Assembly: GCA_964016885.1 (NCBI GenBank)
Contig: OZ024741.1
Coordinates: 282,720,001-282,784,000, forward strand
Direction of reading: 5' to 3'
From: Eledone cirrhosa
Lineage: Eukaryota
Length of the DNA: 64,000 nt
Shown here: in pieces, positions 23,419 to 37,480 of the stretch
Layout of the letters: every line of letters starts with the position of its first letter
Numbering within the stretch: the first letter of the stretch is position 1
The notes under the pieces: generated by a model
Database searches by the model: none
The model's input: the letters and a program-made list of their open reading frames with translations, nothing else
Told to the model about the DNA's origin: nothing
Made by a program: the position numbers and the translations under genes

Positions 23419-26400
23419 ATTATTAAAAATTATCAATTAACACTATCGTGCAATGCCTGTGCATAAAAATTTTTTTAAAGTAAAGAAAGACTGTGTATTG
23501 AGCCAATCCCACTCTCTGAACAACAGTAGCTATAACCCGAAAAGAAGAAAAGATCAACATCATCGGTAACTACTGAGCCACACGTTTTGTCAGAGTTATC
23601 CCTGTTTCCTGAGTTGCCTTCTAGAAGAATGCCCAGTGGTTTAACTGCGCGATCGGGTATCCAGCCCAATTGTTTCTATGTCCCTCCGCATATACATACA
23701 TGTATGTACATATTTTTGGACGGCCGTTGACTCTTATGAGTTCTTCCGCCCTTTGTCAGATTTTGTTTTTTGTCCTGCAGGGTGTCCAAAATCACCCTCC
23801 TCACCAAGTAAATTTGGTGGGGTTGCCAGTTTAGTCGCGACGACCCGACCATACAACAGGTTATACTGGGATACGTTATCTATATATATACATAAATACA
23901 TATATATATAGTGAGATGGGGGGGGGGGGGGGAGCTTGTGTCATACTCCATCAAATTATTTATTATATAGCTGAATATGAACGAGGAATTTATTTGTATT
24001 ATTAATTACAAGTATATACCACCTATGTGATTATAATAAGTTAATCTGTTTTAGTTTCTACAGAAGTATAAATTCTCTGTTAAAGATAGGAACTCAGTGA
24101 CTTTGGTGTTCACTACACAATTTTGAATGCAAATATTTGTGGCAGGAGAGAAACAAAATCATCCTATTTTCCTAAAATTATCCCTCAAACTAAAATTAGC
24201 TTTTTTATTTCAAATATCTTATATATATTTTTTTTATTTTATTAAAGCTTCCATGATTGTATTTCTAATGAAACAGGCTATTTCAATTAATTAATAAAGA
24301 ATTTTGTGGAATTTATTAAACTTATTGATTATTTCATTACTTATATTAAATTATGTTAGAAAGTTATAATTTGAATAGAATTTTTTTTAAATGGTTGGTT
24401 TTGTTTCATAAAACCGGAGGTGGTTTTAGACAGGTTAGTATCAAAAGCTGGTGCGTTAGCAGTGATGGAACAAGATTTATGGGAATGAATGTTTAAAACA
24501 ATAAGCAAAGCAGAAACAGGTTGGATGTGCAGGGAAGAAATATAAATCAATTTGAAACAAAATACATTTATTTCTATTTAAAGTAAGACCCAAATAACAA
24601 ACCGTTCAGAATGGAATCCATTTTCCTTTGTCAAATATTGAAAAAAGTATATATATATATGCATGTTTTCTCCATTTAATACAAATTAAATAAATATTCA
24701 AACATTTTTCTTGTGTATGTGTGTGTATATATATATATATATATGCACACACACACACATATATATATATAACTAATTACAGATTGGGTGTTCAAAGCCC
24801 TTAACACACAGCCATGCAAACATACATACATTCATATATATAAAAAAAAGTGTTATCATATATAAATTTGTTCTGCATAATACATTTAATATTCTCTAAC
24901 AGGTTTTTGTCAGAATACATTCCAATAAAGAATTAGGAAACTGTCATTAACGTGAATCTATCACACGAACAAATAGGACATCTAAACAAACATAAATAAT
25001 AAAAGAGGCACTAACAGAAATAGGGACAGTCATAAAGAATTAAGATATGATGACCTATACTGACCAATTCTCTGGATGATGGATACAGGAAATGGATTAA
25101 AAAAAATTCATAAAATTATATCAACTTTCTTCTCACAAAAAGTAACAGAGAAAAAGAGGGAAGGAGAGAACAGTTTGTTGATGAGATTCCACTTCAAATA
25201 TAAACTTAAAAAAATAGAAGGGAAAAAAATCTGGGTTTGAATAATGACTGATTTAAAAAATAATAAACAAAATATTTGTAGAAAAAATTCTTATTACAGA
25301 TCTAAGCCAATAAGGAGAAAAAATATAACTAAAGATTGTTGAAATTATGAAAAAAAAGGGGGAAAAAAAGACAACAAAAAAAACAAACAGAATTATCATA
25401 TTGTTAGATGTTCTTAGAACATAAATAGGGATGATTAGATATCATTTTTGTTGTGGGTTTCACAGAATAAATAATCTATTTAGATTATTAACAACAAATG
25501 ATAAAACATGAAGTGATTATAAGGGGAGATAATTAAAATTAGTTACAACATTTTTAGGCCACAATTAAGGGCTTCATACTTGAATTTGTAAAATTATTTA
25601 GTATTTTGAAATTATTATATATTGTTCTGATTCTTTGTTTCTTATAAGAACATTATTTTAAAATATCACTTTATATACACATCCCACCTACACAATTTTC
25701 AAATTTAAATTATGTAGATAGTTAGGAGCACAGGGAAGACAAAGCAAATCCCATTATTTCTTTTTCTTTTTTTAAATAATCATTGAGAAAAAAATCTCAA
25801 AAGATTTTTTAATTCATTTAAGGGCAAGGATATGTCCATTCAAATTGAAAGAAAGTTTCCCAATATTGAAAATAGAGATATAATTTTGTACACAGTCATA
25901 ATTTTTGCAGGGTGCTAAATGTATTCACAGTTTATGAAAAGACATAGTGAAATAGCAAATCTGAGCTTCTGAATTTGAGTTTTTGTTTCCAGCCAAATAT
26001 CAATGGAGATATATTTTTTTTAAATAGAGAAATCATTTCCAAAACAACACATTTTTCTTCAAGTGATTAAAAAAAAACAAAAAAGAAATTAGATTAATAT
26101 AGTAGGTAAGAATTACTAATGTTTCATGATGTAAGAATGTTAATCTGAATTTTGAACCATCATATAGCATTAAAGCAGTTCTTTTCAGAAACAGATCGTA
26201 AGTTTTTTTAAATAACACTGATCCTTCTTACTAATATGGAGAGGGATTGAAAGTTAGTGATAATATTGAAGCAGCTGTTAGATGACAAGCAAGTGGCACA
26301 ACCTGAGTTTCTGGATTTATTTTAAATGAGAAATTTAAATTGAATAATATATATATATATATATATATGTAAATAAAATGGAGAAATAGTGTGGTTAAAA

Positions 26401-27098
26401 ACAACAAATCAGCTAGAAAATAATTTAATTGGTGAATACAGAAGCTTTGCTTTAGGATGAGGATCAAGATCGGTGCAAAGGAAGAAGTTTATATTTCAAT
26501 GGTTTACAAAACGTTTAGGCTTTTGCTCATTGAAAATATATTAACTGACACAATTATATCGTGAAAGATATTATATAAAACAATGAAAAAAAACGTAAAT
26601 TAAAAAAAAAAAAATGACATATAAGTATTGCAGGAATTTTTATTATTTATTTATTTTTCTTTCATTTATTATTATTTTTTGTTTGTTTTAAATGATTTCC
26701 ATTCATAAAATAGGATGATATTTTCTGGCTACATGAAGATATTGGAAGCTAAGGCTTGAGTCATAATAAATTTGTTTCTATAACTCCTCAGATTTACATC
26801 ACAGATGGTCACTAAACAGGGATGAGGGGGAGGGGAGAGTCAATTATAAAGCAACACTTCATGGAAGAATCCTACTTTATATGAGCCAAATAAATATCTT
26901 TTCATTCAGCTTTACTGACATCCAGTTGGTTTCAAGAGCAGAGACTGGTTAAATAACAGTTAGCACAATTTATTCAGCATTTTATTATTATTTGGAGGGT
27001 GGGGTTGAGGTGAATTGACTGGAAAGTAATTAATAATGTATATTCTCATCTAAGAATGGACTAGCTGTTTTTCTGGACAGGCAGACACACACACATAT

Positions 27099-27144
<46 letters not shown>

Positions 27145-29107
27145 TACACAGGATAGTGTGCTTGATGAAATGAATTAAATAGAAGGCATAAAAAGTGAAG
27201 ACAATATATAAAAGTGGAAAGACATGGACAATAGAGAAAACAAAACACAAGTGGTTAGAAAATGAGGGACATTGATCAAACGAGGAGAAAACATTCTCCA
27301 ATTTGGTTTCCAGAGGTTATTTGAAAATGTATATCTGCATGTGAGTGAGAGAAATAGAAGTGATTTAGAGAAATTTACCATTTTCAGTTATATTAATTTT
27401 GGTAAAAAAAAAAAAATTATAGACTATAACCTTCATTTGATCAAATCAATTTTTTTTTTTTTTCTCACTAGAGAACATTTTGTAAAATACGTATAGATGA
27501 ATGAATCAATTCCAATATACTGCTTCTACTTATTTGATAAACCCTGGCAAGATTTGAATTCAGAATGTAGGAGGACATAGCTAAACACTTCATGGCAGTT
27601 AGTCTAGCACTCTACTATTTCTGACAACTTCTTGCCACTTTCATTGCTGAAACAATGCAAAAGAAAAAAAATCCTTTATATCTATTTATTTTTTTAATGC
27701 ACCAGCCTGGATAAAAAAAAAAAAAAGAGAGAGGCCAGAAGAGAATAGAAACAAGGCACCCATAGCACATCTATTTTTATCCCTGATTTTGTGCTATTGA
27801 ACACCCATCAATGGCTGCCAGATTTCTGTCTTCTTTACCATTACTCAATGCATTTTTACTAAAATTCCTCTTCCAAAATAGAGCGGGATTAAACTTTTTT
27901 TTTTTTTTTGGTTCTTTTTCATTATTTGCACTTTTGAAGAATAATTCACATTTAAGTTGTGACAAGATAGGATGGATTAATAATGCTATATTTTCAAATT
28001 TAATTTAAACAATAGTTACATAAGTAGCGTAAGAATGTTGCTCGTTAACAAAATAAGTTCAAATATATAGAGGGGGATATTTTATTTTATTATTTTTTTT
28101 TTTGGTTTTCGTTTTGACAAATAAACCTAATCCAACTGTACAACCACAGTGACATTTAACAGAACAAATCAAACAAATATTTTATATTATGAGAGTTCAG
28201 AAGAAACTTGGAACATTTACAGAATAGAACAAAGTAATGCAAAATAACATTTTCTTTCTTGAGATACCATGTATATTTGATAATTGAGAGAGAGAGAGAG
28301 AGGGGGAGGGGAGAATATTAGTCGTATTTATTTTCAGCATCTGATTCAAAGGCTTCCCATAAAATATTTAATATATTTTAATTTCTCGAAATTCAAATTT
28401 AAACAACATCTCTTAAGAATCCATTTGTGAATTCTGATCAGGAATTGATAAGAATTTCAAAAAAGGCAGGTGAAAATGTAATATTTTGCTGGATATCAGT
28501 CTAAAAAAATTTGTATGTAAAAGAAGAGAGAAAGACGAGTTGGGATACCAAACTATGGGACATGAATTTGAAGATAACATAAGTAGTGGCAGCAGCTGTA
28601 ATAGGAAAGGAGTCAACCCTATGATTAGATCAAGGAAATTGTTTCCATTGGTTTTCCTACTGCTGGTTGCAAATCCTGACAGACGCATCACAACTTTTCT
28701 GATGACAGAAGGTGGCATTTTGAACTCAGAATTGCAGAGACCCAGATCAGATATGGCATAGACTCTTGTCCATAACATTTCTGTCAATTCACTGCTCCTG
28801 GATTAGAACTTTAACAACCCCAAAAAGATGAAAGGCAAAGATAACCTTGTATGGGATTTGAATTCAGAATATAGAAAGCCAGACCAATCTAACATTCTAA
28901 TAGCTTTGCCAATCCATCACCCATGAGAGTAAGATTAGTATACGTGAAAGAGGAAAGAGTGAAGGATATGTGTTTGGGTATAAAAACTGTCTCAAACAGT
29001 GTACAGCTGTTAATCTAGAAAATATGATTAGGATTAAAATTGAATTTAAACAGGACATACTAAATTAGTTATTTGTTTAAAAAAAATGACTTGCTCCACA
29101 GACACAT

Positions 29108-29425
29108 ACATGTATGTATGCAGCCGTAACTCCTGGTGGAGTCGTAGAAGTGCTATAGTGACGGGCAGTTTGGGCCTGATTGAGTTCATCCCGCACCTAG
29201 TCTGAACATGACCAATTTCTTCCAGAGAAGGTGAGAGTAAGAGAGGAAGTGAAAAAAAGATATAGAGGAAGAATTGATCCCAATACTGGGTTGGTACCTT
29301 TTTTCATTGACCTTGAAAGGATGAAAAGCAAAGTTGACTATGACAGGATTTTAACTCAAGGTGAAGAGAGCCAGAACGAATACTGCAAAACATTCTATCC
29401 AATGTTCTACCAGTTTACCATCTAG
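29108..29425 (-). mobile_element. SINE with family-A head/body and alternative 3' tail ending in (CATA)n
   Basis: Aligns with 30399-30720 over body and tail. Confidence 0.65.
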
Positions 29426-30398
29426 TCACATATATATTTAAAATAAACAAAGGTTAAAAAGTGGTTCTTTCAAAACTTCCAAGTTGTTTGCTATGCACTC
29501 CATATTGGTTTTGTGGAAGTAAATCATCATGCTATTATAAAATAGTATATAGATGAGATAGAGACATCTTGTCTGTCCTTTTTTAATAATAAAGGGAAGC
29601 ATGCTTATATTTCAGTTGGTTGGATGAACCAATGAAGAGATATATTGCCCAAGAGATGAAATAGCTGAGTATATATGTAAATATTGAACTGGAAATTCCT
29701 GGATTATTTGAGAATAGTTGCTTTTGGTTGGATCTTCTGGAAGATATGTCTGAGGACTTTGCCCCAACAACTCTCTCAAAAAGAGAAGGAAGTAGAGAAA
29801 GAAAGAAAGAGGATTACAAGCTGATGGATGTGAGGTTCAAACCCTGTAGATGTCAACTTTGCCTTTTGTCTTTTTTGAGGGTCAGTAAATAAAGTAAGAG
29901 TCTAGAGCAGTGGATTAGCAGAACTGCTAGAGTGTCAGGGAAGATTCATTGAGGCACTTGTTCTGGCACTCTTCATTCTGAGAGCAACACCAGTGATGGA
30001 CAACATTGGTGGCATGGAAAAATAAGACTTGCATGTAAGCACAACCACTAGTCTTCCATTGGAAAAAAAAAAAACTTGCCTTGGTCTGCACCTTGGGGAA
30101 GAAATTTCTAAATGCAGATCCTCGTCTCACGAGATATACAAAGGTTCCTGATCCATGGAATGATGTATGTCATATCTTCTCCATGCAACAGAAACTACAT
30201 CTTAAGCATGGATCTACTATCTGGACTTCTGAGATACAAGAAATAATTAAGTTAATGAATGACAATGTTAGCATCTGATTCCAATGAAACAGGAGAAATA
30301 TATTAATGGAAAAGCAGGACAACTTCTATTTTGTTAATGAATAGAAGTAATTAGGTAAAGGAAACAGAAATGACTGTTGTAGGATAGGCCATGATTTT

Positions 30399-30720
30399 TA
30401 TGTATGTATGGTGCCATGACTCCTGATGGAGTCATGGAGGTATAGTAGCATACGTGTCTTGGGCATTTTAAACCTGATGGAACCCATTCCCTTCTCAGGT
30501 CTGAGCACAGTCAATTTCTTCTAGAGAAAGAGAGACAGAATGATAGAGAATAAGATAGAGAAGGAATCAACCCAGTACTGGACTGGTACTTTTTTATCAA
30601 CTTTGAAAGGATGAAAGGCAAAGTTGACCATGGCAGGATTTGAACTCAAGAATGCAGAGAGCCAGAATGAATACTACAAAGCATTCTAGCCAACGTTCTA
30701 AGGACTCTGCCAATTCATTA
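30399..30720 (-). mobile_element. SINE with family-A head/body and alternative 3' tail (second copy)
   Basis: Tail hairpin CCATGACTCC-TGAT-GGAGTCATGG next to the (TATG)n end. Confidence 0.65.
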
Positions 30721-33700
30721 TTATCAACATTAAAGAATGAAATAAATATCAAGTTGAACTCAGGAAGAGACACTTACAAGAATTATAAAGTAAACCAAGT
30801 CTGTGATACTGGTTTGATTCCCAGTAGTAGTCTTCAATATTCGTACTAGTGTTATTTGACTGAAACTAAAGGCCTTACTTGAAGATAAAGTTTTTGGTAG
30901 AGCGTAAAGGTTACAAAATGTTTTAAAAGCATCTTAAGACACAAATACGGATACATAAGTCTACAATAACCTAGCTTTAATTCACACTATTTTATTTTAT
31001 ATAATTAATATCCCTAGGAGAAGAGTGTCACAACCTCCATTTTTATTCTCCTTCCCTCCTCCACTGAATTTAATAGAGCAATAAATTCAGCTGAGTACAA
31101 ATATTCAAGCAGAAAATAAACATTTGATGTGTTCAACTATTTTATTTCACATGTTGATGTCATAGCTTGTCTGTTTATGAACATTTCACGGCATATATAT
31201 ATATATAAATTTATTAAGTATGTTAATATAAAGCTAAACATCTTGAAAATATTTCCCCATATTCAGCGGTTAAAGATTTTTTATTATGGTTACTGAGGTA
31301 GACAATAAAATGATAAGTCACCTGCATATCTCACTAGGTGAATAGCTTTCAGTCTTATTAAAGATATCTCTACTTGGGTCTGTTTTTGAATTTTGATTGC
31401 ACATTAATATGTGCATCCGGCACAACTCGTCAAAGTATGCTGCAGTCTTTTTACATAATGAAATATTTTGATCCTAACCATTGACATGATGCTCTTCCAC
31501 TCAGTATCTAGTATGAATCACAGTCAACTTAACTGTTTCCTCGACTGGTGTCACACATTCACCATGCTGCCACCCCATCGTGGGATTTTTTTTCAAGTGA
31601 CCTAGCAGTTGACAGATAGGTAAATCTATTTGGGCTTCATATTTACAACCATAGTCATCCAATCTTTATTCCAGAAATGTTGTCCAAAATGTTTAAAACA
31701 TGTGGTCCCCATTAAACAGAGACAGTGGAAATTATGAAGAAAATGTGACTGCTACAATGAGTAATTATACAACTCTTTCATTGCCTTTAGAAATCCCTAA
31801 ATAAAAGCCAAAGAAGAAATAAATTCAATAAAAGAACACACAGAGATGCATATGGTTCTATTTTTCTTGAAAAAAAAGATTGATGTATTAAACACCAGAA
31901 AGAAAAAATATATCAATTAATAAATGATTTGTTACATGATCAGATTTGTATGATAATAGCCAATGAAAATGAACATGACTGGTATTCGTTTGTTCTTTTG
32001 TGTTTTGTTTTTTTCATTATAGTGCGATTTGAGTACAGAATATGAATAAAGCAAGGTATTTTGTCCTTGTCTGTCCGTGTATAAATAATAATTTCTCTCA
32101 ATCAGTTGAACAGTATAAAACACAATGGGTATGTGTTTCTGTTTATGTGCTTCTTCAATGAAATCATAATTTTATATTGGAATTAGATTATATATAGCTT
32201 GAAGATTTTGAAATCCATTTATATAAAGAAAAAAAAAACAAAAAAATAATTCAAACTTTATATCTCCAGTCCCCTCACACCAAAACAAACAAACCAATAT
32301 AATCCCCCTTGCATATTGCTTTTGCTGTCTAATGTTATATAACTTGATCATTTATGAGCTAGCTGTAATTTTACAAACTTCCTAATTAATTCCACCAATG
32401 TATTGCTAGTCAATCATTAAAAGCTTTGAAAGAAACTTTACTTTCTTTATTTTTTCTTTTTGTGAAATCTACACATCCTAGTTTTCAGTGACATCCATTT
32501 ATATCTGTAGGGGCACTAAAAGTAGCAACAAGCCTAGTCTGCAACCCCTGTTCAATTTCATTTAGGGTTGGATCAATATAATTTTCTTTGGGTTTATACA
32601 TAAATTTCCTATAAACTAAAGAGTGAGAGGCTCAATTAGGCTGATCTGCTTTTGGTATATTACAAGAAAATTCAAGGCTGATCCAGCAACTATCAAGGAT
32701 TATAAGATAATATTTTCACTTACAAAAACACATTGTGTTTCAAACTTAATTTGTTAAAAGATTAATTAAACACTTTCACTATAAAGCATTTTTTGTTGTC
32801 TTTTAACCCACCTAAAACCATCTCTGTTTCTATAAAACATTCTATAAATCCATTTTAAAGGGCTCCTATTTAAATTAAAACCTTGGAACATAATTTTATT
32901 ATGCTACAAATGTCATCTAATATTAAAACATTTTAGTAAATCCCTCCAAATTCTTAATCAATTAATTAAAATACTAAATATTTCATCAGCAATATGGTAC
33001 TGAAAGAGTTAATAGACATGAAAGAAGAGAGTCATTTTAATTAATGGTGTTCAAGCCTTTCTCAAAATCATTAATGAGTAAATGAAACCATTCTGAGAAC
33101 TAAAACTGGAAATGTAACTGCAACTCTTCACTACAAATATCACCAAGAATAAGAATTAATGCTGCATGGAACAATCTCTATATTATCACTTCTCATTTAC
33201 TTTACCTTTATATATCTATAAATCTAGATTTCGAAAGTCACAGAATTTATTTTAGTGACCTCCGACCATAACTCACTCAATGAGATAACAAGCGTGCTGT
33301 CGATTATTAGAGTGCACACAAATAATTAGTATTGTGGCAGTGTTCTGGTATTGATACACTGTATCCATTATATATATCATCATCATTTAATGTCCATTTT
33401 CCATGTTAACATGGGTTAGATGAGCTGTTCCATTGTGAGACAAGCCAGCTCGGATGACTGTTTTGCTCATACAGAACAGCTGGATAATCTTCTTAACACC
33501 AACCACATTTACAGTGTGAACTGGAAGCTTTTTGTAGTGACACTTACACAACCACTTTACAGTGTGGACTGGGTGCTTTTTATATTCATGTGCGTGTGTG
33601 TGTGTGTGTTTGTGTGTGAGTATGTATATAAATAATAGTAAATGTTATTTACCAGTATCAGAACATATTACTTAAGGTGAGCTTAAACTGCTTCTTCCTA

Positions 33701-34744
33701 AATTTTTGTTGGTGTTTTTCAAGTGTCTGTAAAATATACTGCTTCACAGATGTTATTTCTCAAACATATTGTCTCACTGTAATTACTCACACATGCATGG
33801 TGGATATATATATATATACACACACACACAATATATATTTAGCAATATATATATAGTAAAGAAGATCTGTGGTGATCTTAGGTGAGACACACTTCACACA
33901 CACACTGTGTGTGTGCATGTGTATATAAACATACATATTGTATTTTAGGAGGGTCATACAAAACAGAAATACCTCTTAGCCTCCAAATTATTGTACTCAA
34001 TTAATTCCATCAATTTACCTTGCTCTAAATCAACTTCAAATAGCTCCCACTTCAATTTAAACAGGATAAAGGGTGCTAAGAGAAAAAAAAATCCATAATA
34101 CATCTTAGTTTACCCCATGAGAGTGTTTCCAACACAATAAGAGCAATACAACATTAAAAAGCTAACTAGAAATAAATAAGGTGAAAAAAATATCATTCTA
34201 TAACTAATATTTTTTCCCACAGGCAAGAACCAATAACTCTAGACATGTTTAGGCATTATTGTTACCTCATTAGTAAATTATAGTGATCACTGGACATACA
34301 GAAGTAGTGACAAATGAAGCACTCAGTAAAATATCCAAGATTGTACATTTATTGGCATAGGAAAATATATAATCATTTAGAAATTAAATAATTCAGATGC
34401 CAACTATATGAAGAACAACAACTTATTAACATATCTAATGCACATTAAATGAACATTAAATAGCTAACTAACAATATAGATGTGATGGATTTTGTAAAAT
34501 ATGGATATGCAAATGTTAACTGAAATGAGAGTAAGAGTGTCACCTATGTTGAGAGTGAATTAGAATAAGACAGGTAGTGTAACATGTCTGACTTAAGGTT
34601 GTAGATCTAATAACATTCTGCTCCTGATTTTGTGTTCAATGTTTAAGCATTTACCACAAATCTAGCTATTGAGTTACAACTGGTTTATGTTGTTTGACCT
34701 CCTTTGTTTCTGACAATGAGTGCTCTAGTTGATTCAATCAACAG

Positions 34745-35014
34745 AACTATCTGCTTGTGAGATTAACATGTAAATGACTGAGCATTCCACAGATATGTGC
34801 ACCCTTAATGTAATTCTCAGAAAGATTCAATGTGAAGCATTTTGTAACAAGACTAGCCCCTTGGATTACAGGTACAACTCTTTTTTTTTCAAACTGAATT
34901 GACTGGAGTAACATGAAATAAAGTGTCTTGCTTAAGAACACATGTAGCCTGGTCTTGGAATTGAACTCATGACCTTGCGATCATAAGCTGAACACCCTAA
35001 CCACTAAGCCATGC
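34745..35014 (-). mobile_element. SINE family B
   Basis: Reverse complement gives TGGCTTAGTGGTTAGG A-box and GAGTTCAATTCC B-box; body matches 11630-11945. Confidence 0.78.
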
Positions 35015-36275
35015 ATATTATGTACTATGTTTGTTACTGGCCATTTATAATTACTTAAATGCGTATGCTCTACCCAATTATATACACATGTTGCAAGAAT
35101 TTCATTTTCATGTCACTGAATTAAAAATTGTTGAATTTGATCAAACCAAAATATCATATAAAACAAGTTTGTATAAACATGACCCATAGATATCATCCAC
35201 TATAAATAGAGCTTTATACATAATTATTCTGTTAAATTGAGATAGTAAGCAAATTTCATATGTAGCAAGTCTAAAAAATATGTTTTCATATATGAAATTT
35301 ATCCACTATGGTACTGTAAAATGTGACACAGTTTTCATCCACTATAAATAAAGTTTGATACATCTCAAACTCTACAAACCATTTCCGTAGTGAAATACTA
35401 AATTGTCAAACTGTTTAAACTAACCAATATATATTGCCCCTCTCTAATTTTGTTTCAATTCTTCTACAGGCCTAACTTGTCAAAATGTAGTGGAACTTAT
35501 CAGGTTGCTTCCAAGAATCTCTTGCTCACTCACTTATTATTATTTTATTTTTTTGAAGACTTCAACTCATTAAATATTGTTTTAGTTTATTTATATTTAC
35601 AAAATGTTTAATATCTCACCCTTCCCCCTTTTCCATATATCAACATACAATTAACCCTCATAGACACCAACATGCTTAAAACCACTACTGCGTCTATATA
35701 ACAAAACCAACCATTTTAAAAGACCCCTACTTAAATTAAAACCTTCCAACATAATTCTATCTAAGAACATTATGTACCATCTTAATGAAATTACCATTTT
35801 AGTAAATCCTTCCAAAAGTCTATTAACTACAAAATATTTCATTAGAAACCAATATATCTTCTTCTCCACCCACTACTACATCTGTATGATGCTTATAAAT
35901 CAAATCAAATGTTTTTTGTTTTGTTTTTATTTTGATGACAAAATATGAAACAATAATAGTGCGTATCTATTGCCAGGTGTACAACAACAGCAGCAGCTAT
36001 ATAATTTCTCTGAAATTCAATCACTATTGAATATATATTCTTTTGTTTATTTTTCATGCTTTAGGGAAGAGGTGGGTACTGTTTCTGATAGGTTGACCAA
36101 CTAGAGTTAATCCCTAACAACTTAACGTCAAGAAAAACAATTATTTAAGAGCTATTAAACATTTAAGAAGAAGTTGGGCTAGTGAACAGATGATCAGAAA
36201 ACTTATAATGTGTGTGTCTGTGTGTGTGAGTCATATTGACAGACATGAGAATGAGTACTGAATACCAAAGTAGAG

Positions 36276-36443
36276 TTTAATAATATCCTTTATTATGACT
36301 AAATGATGAGTTTTATTAATCTAGAGTTTCACATATATATTCACAGGATCATCAGACAAGACTTGTCTGATAATCCTGAGTAGACAGGTAAAACTCCAGA
36401 GAAACAAGACTCATCACTTAGCCATAATATAGAATATTATAAA
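36276..36443. ncRNA. Old palindromic double-hammerhead-like element, about 1 kb downstream of the ZNF stop
   Basis: Arms 36276-36360 and 36362-36443. The two-arm consensus gives CTTGT-CTGATGA-T-CCTG-AGTAGA-CAGG-T-GAAA-CTCTAGAG-TA-ACAAG, a complete type-I topology. Confidence 0.7.
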
Positions 36444-37480
36444 TATATATGTGTATACATATATACACACACACACACACACATATACATATACATGCAT
36501 ACATAGATATCTCTTTTTATATAATTGTATGTATGTGAGTATGTGTGCATGTTGCATTGATAAAAGGAACAATGAGTAGTTTAAATGTAGAAAAATTGAA
36601 AAGAAAATATTCCAAAATATTCTTTAGACTGAATATTTTATCTTTTGCATCACATCAACATAATGACAATAACTACACTTCCATAACGACAAGGTGGGCA
36701 GTACAGGTAGCAAGATATATCCATGCATTCTTTCACGACCAATATATCATTAACATTCTCCAATTTTTACCCCCCCATTACTTTCTTTAAAAAAATTTTT
36801 TTTTACTCTTTTCATTTAGCTTTTTCATGTTTTTTTTATATATATATTTTTTTGTTTATTATTTCCATTATTTTCGTTTTTGTTTTATAGTTAAGATACG
36901 ATGTTCAAGAGGAAGAAAAAATGTAGTATATGGGGTGGAAAACTGCTATATATATATAAACTGAAAAAAAAAAAAAAAAAATAATAATAATATTCTCGTG
37001 TCAATGGTTCACAATCCCAGCTTGACAATTTGGTGGACTTTTCCAATATTTCATTCATATGGCAGGCACAAACACAGACATGCATAGATACACACACACA
37101 CACATTTTTTTCTCCATATACTGAGAAGGGGTAATAAAGGTGATTTTTAACAATTAAAAATTTCTGAATACTATACTTAAAAAAAAAAATATATATCTGT
37201 AGGAAATATCTACCAGATGCTAAAATCAGAAAAATTACTTAATATCCTCATTTCTGTAGTTATTGGAGCTGATGTTTTTCCTTCTTTCTTGAGAACAGAC
37301 AGGAAAACTGTTACGACCTATGTGAAGGAGGAATTTAAACATTAAGAAAATTATAAAGATAAATTTGTCCCCATCCTGAAATTAAACTTTTCTTTTACTA
37401 CCAAATGCAGGTATACCATTGGGAATTGACTCATATAATTCTAAGACAAAAAATTACTCTTAATTTTGAAAAATCCTAAA

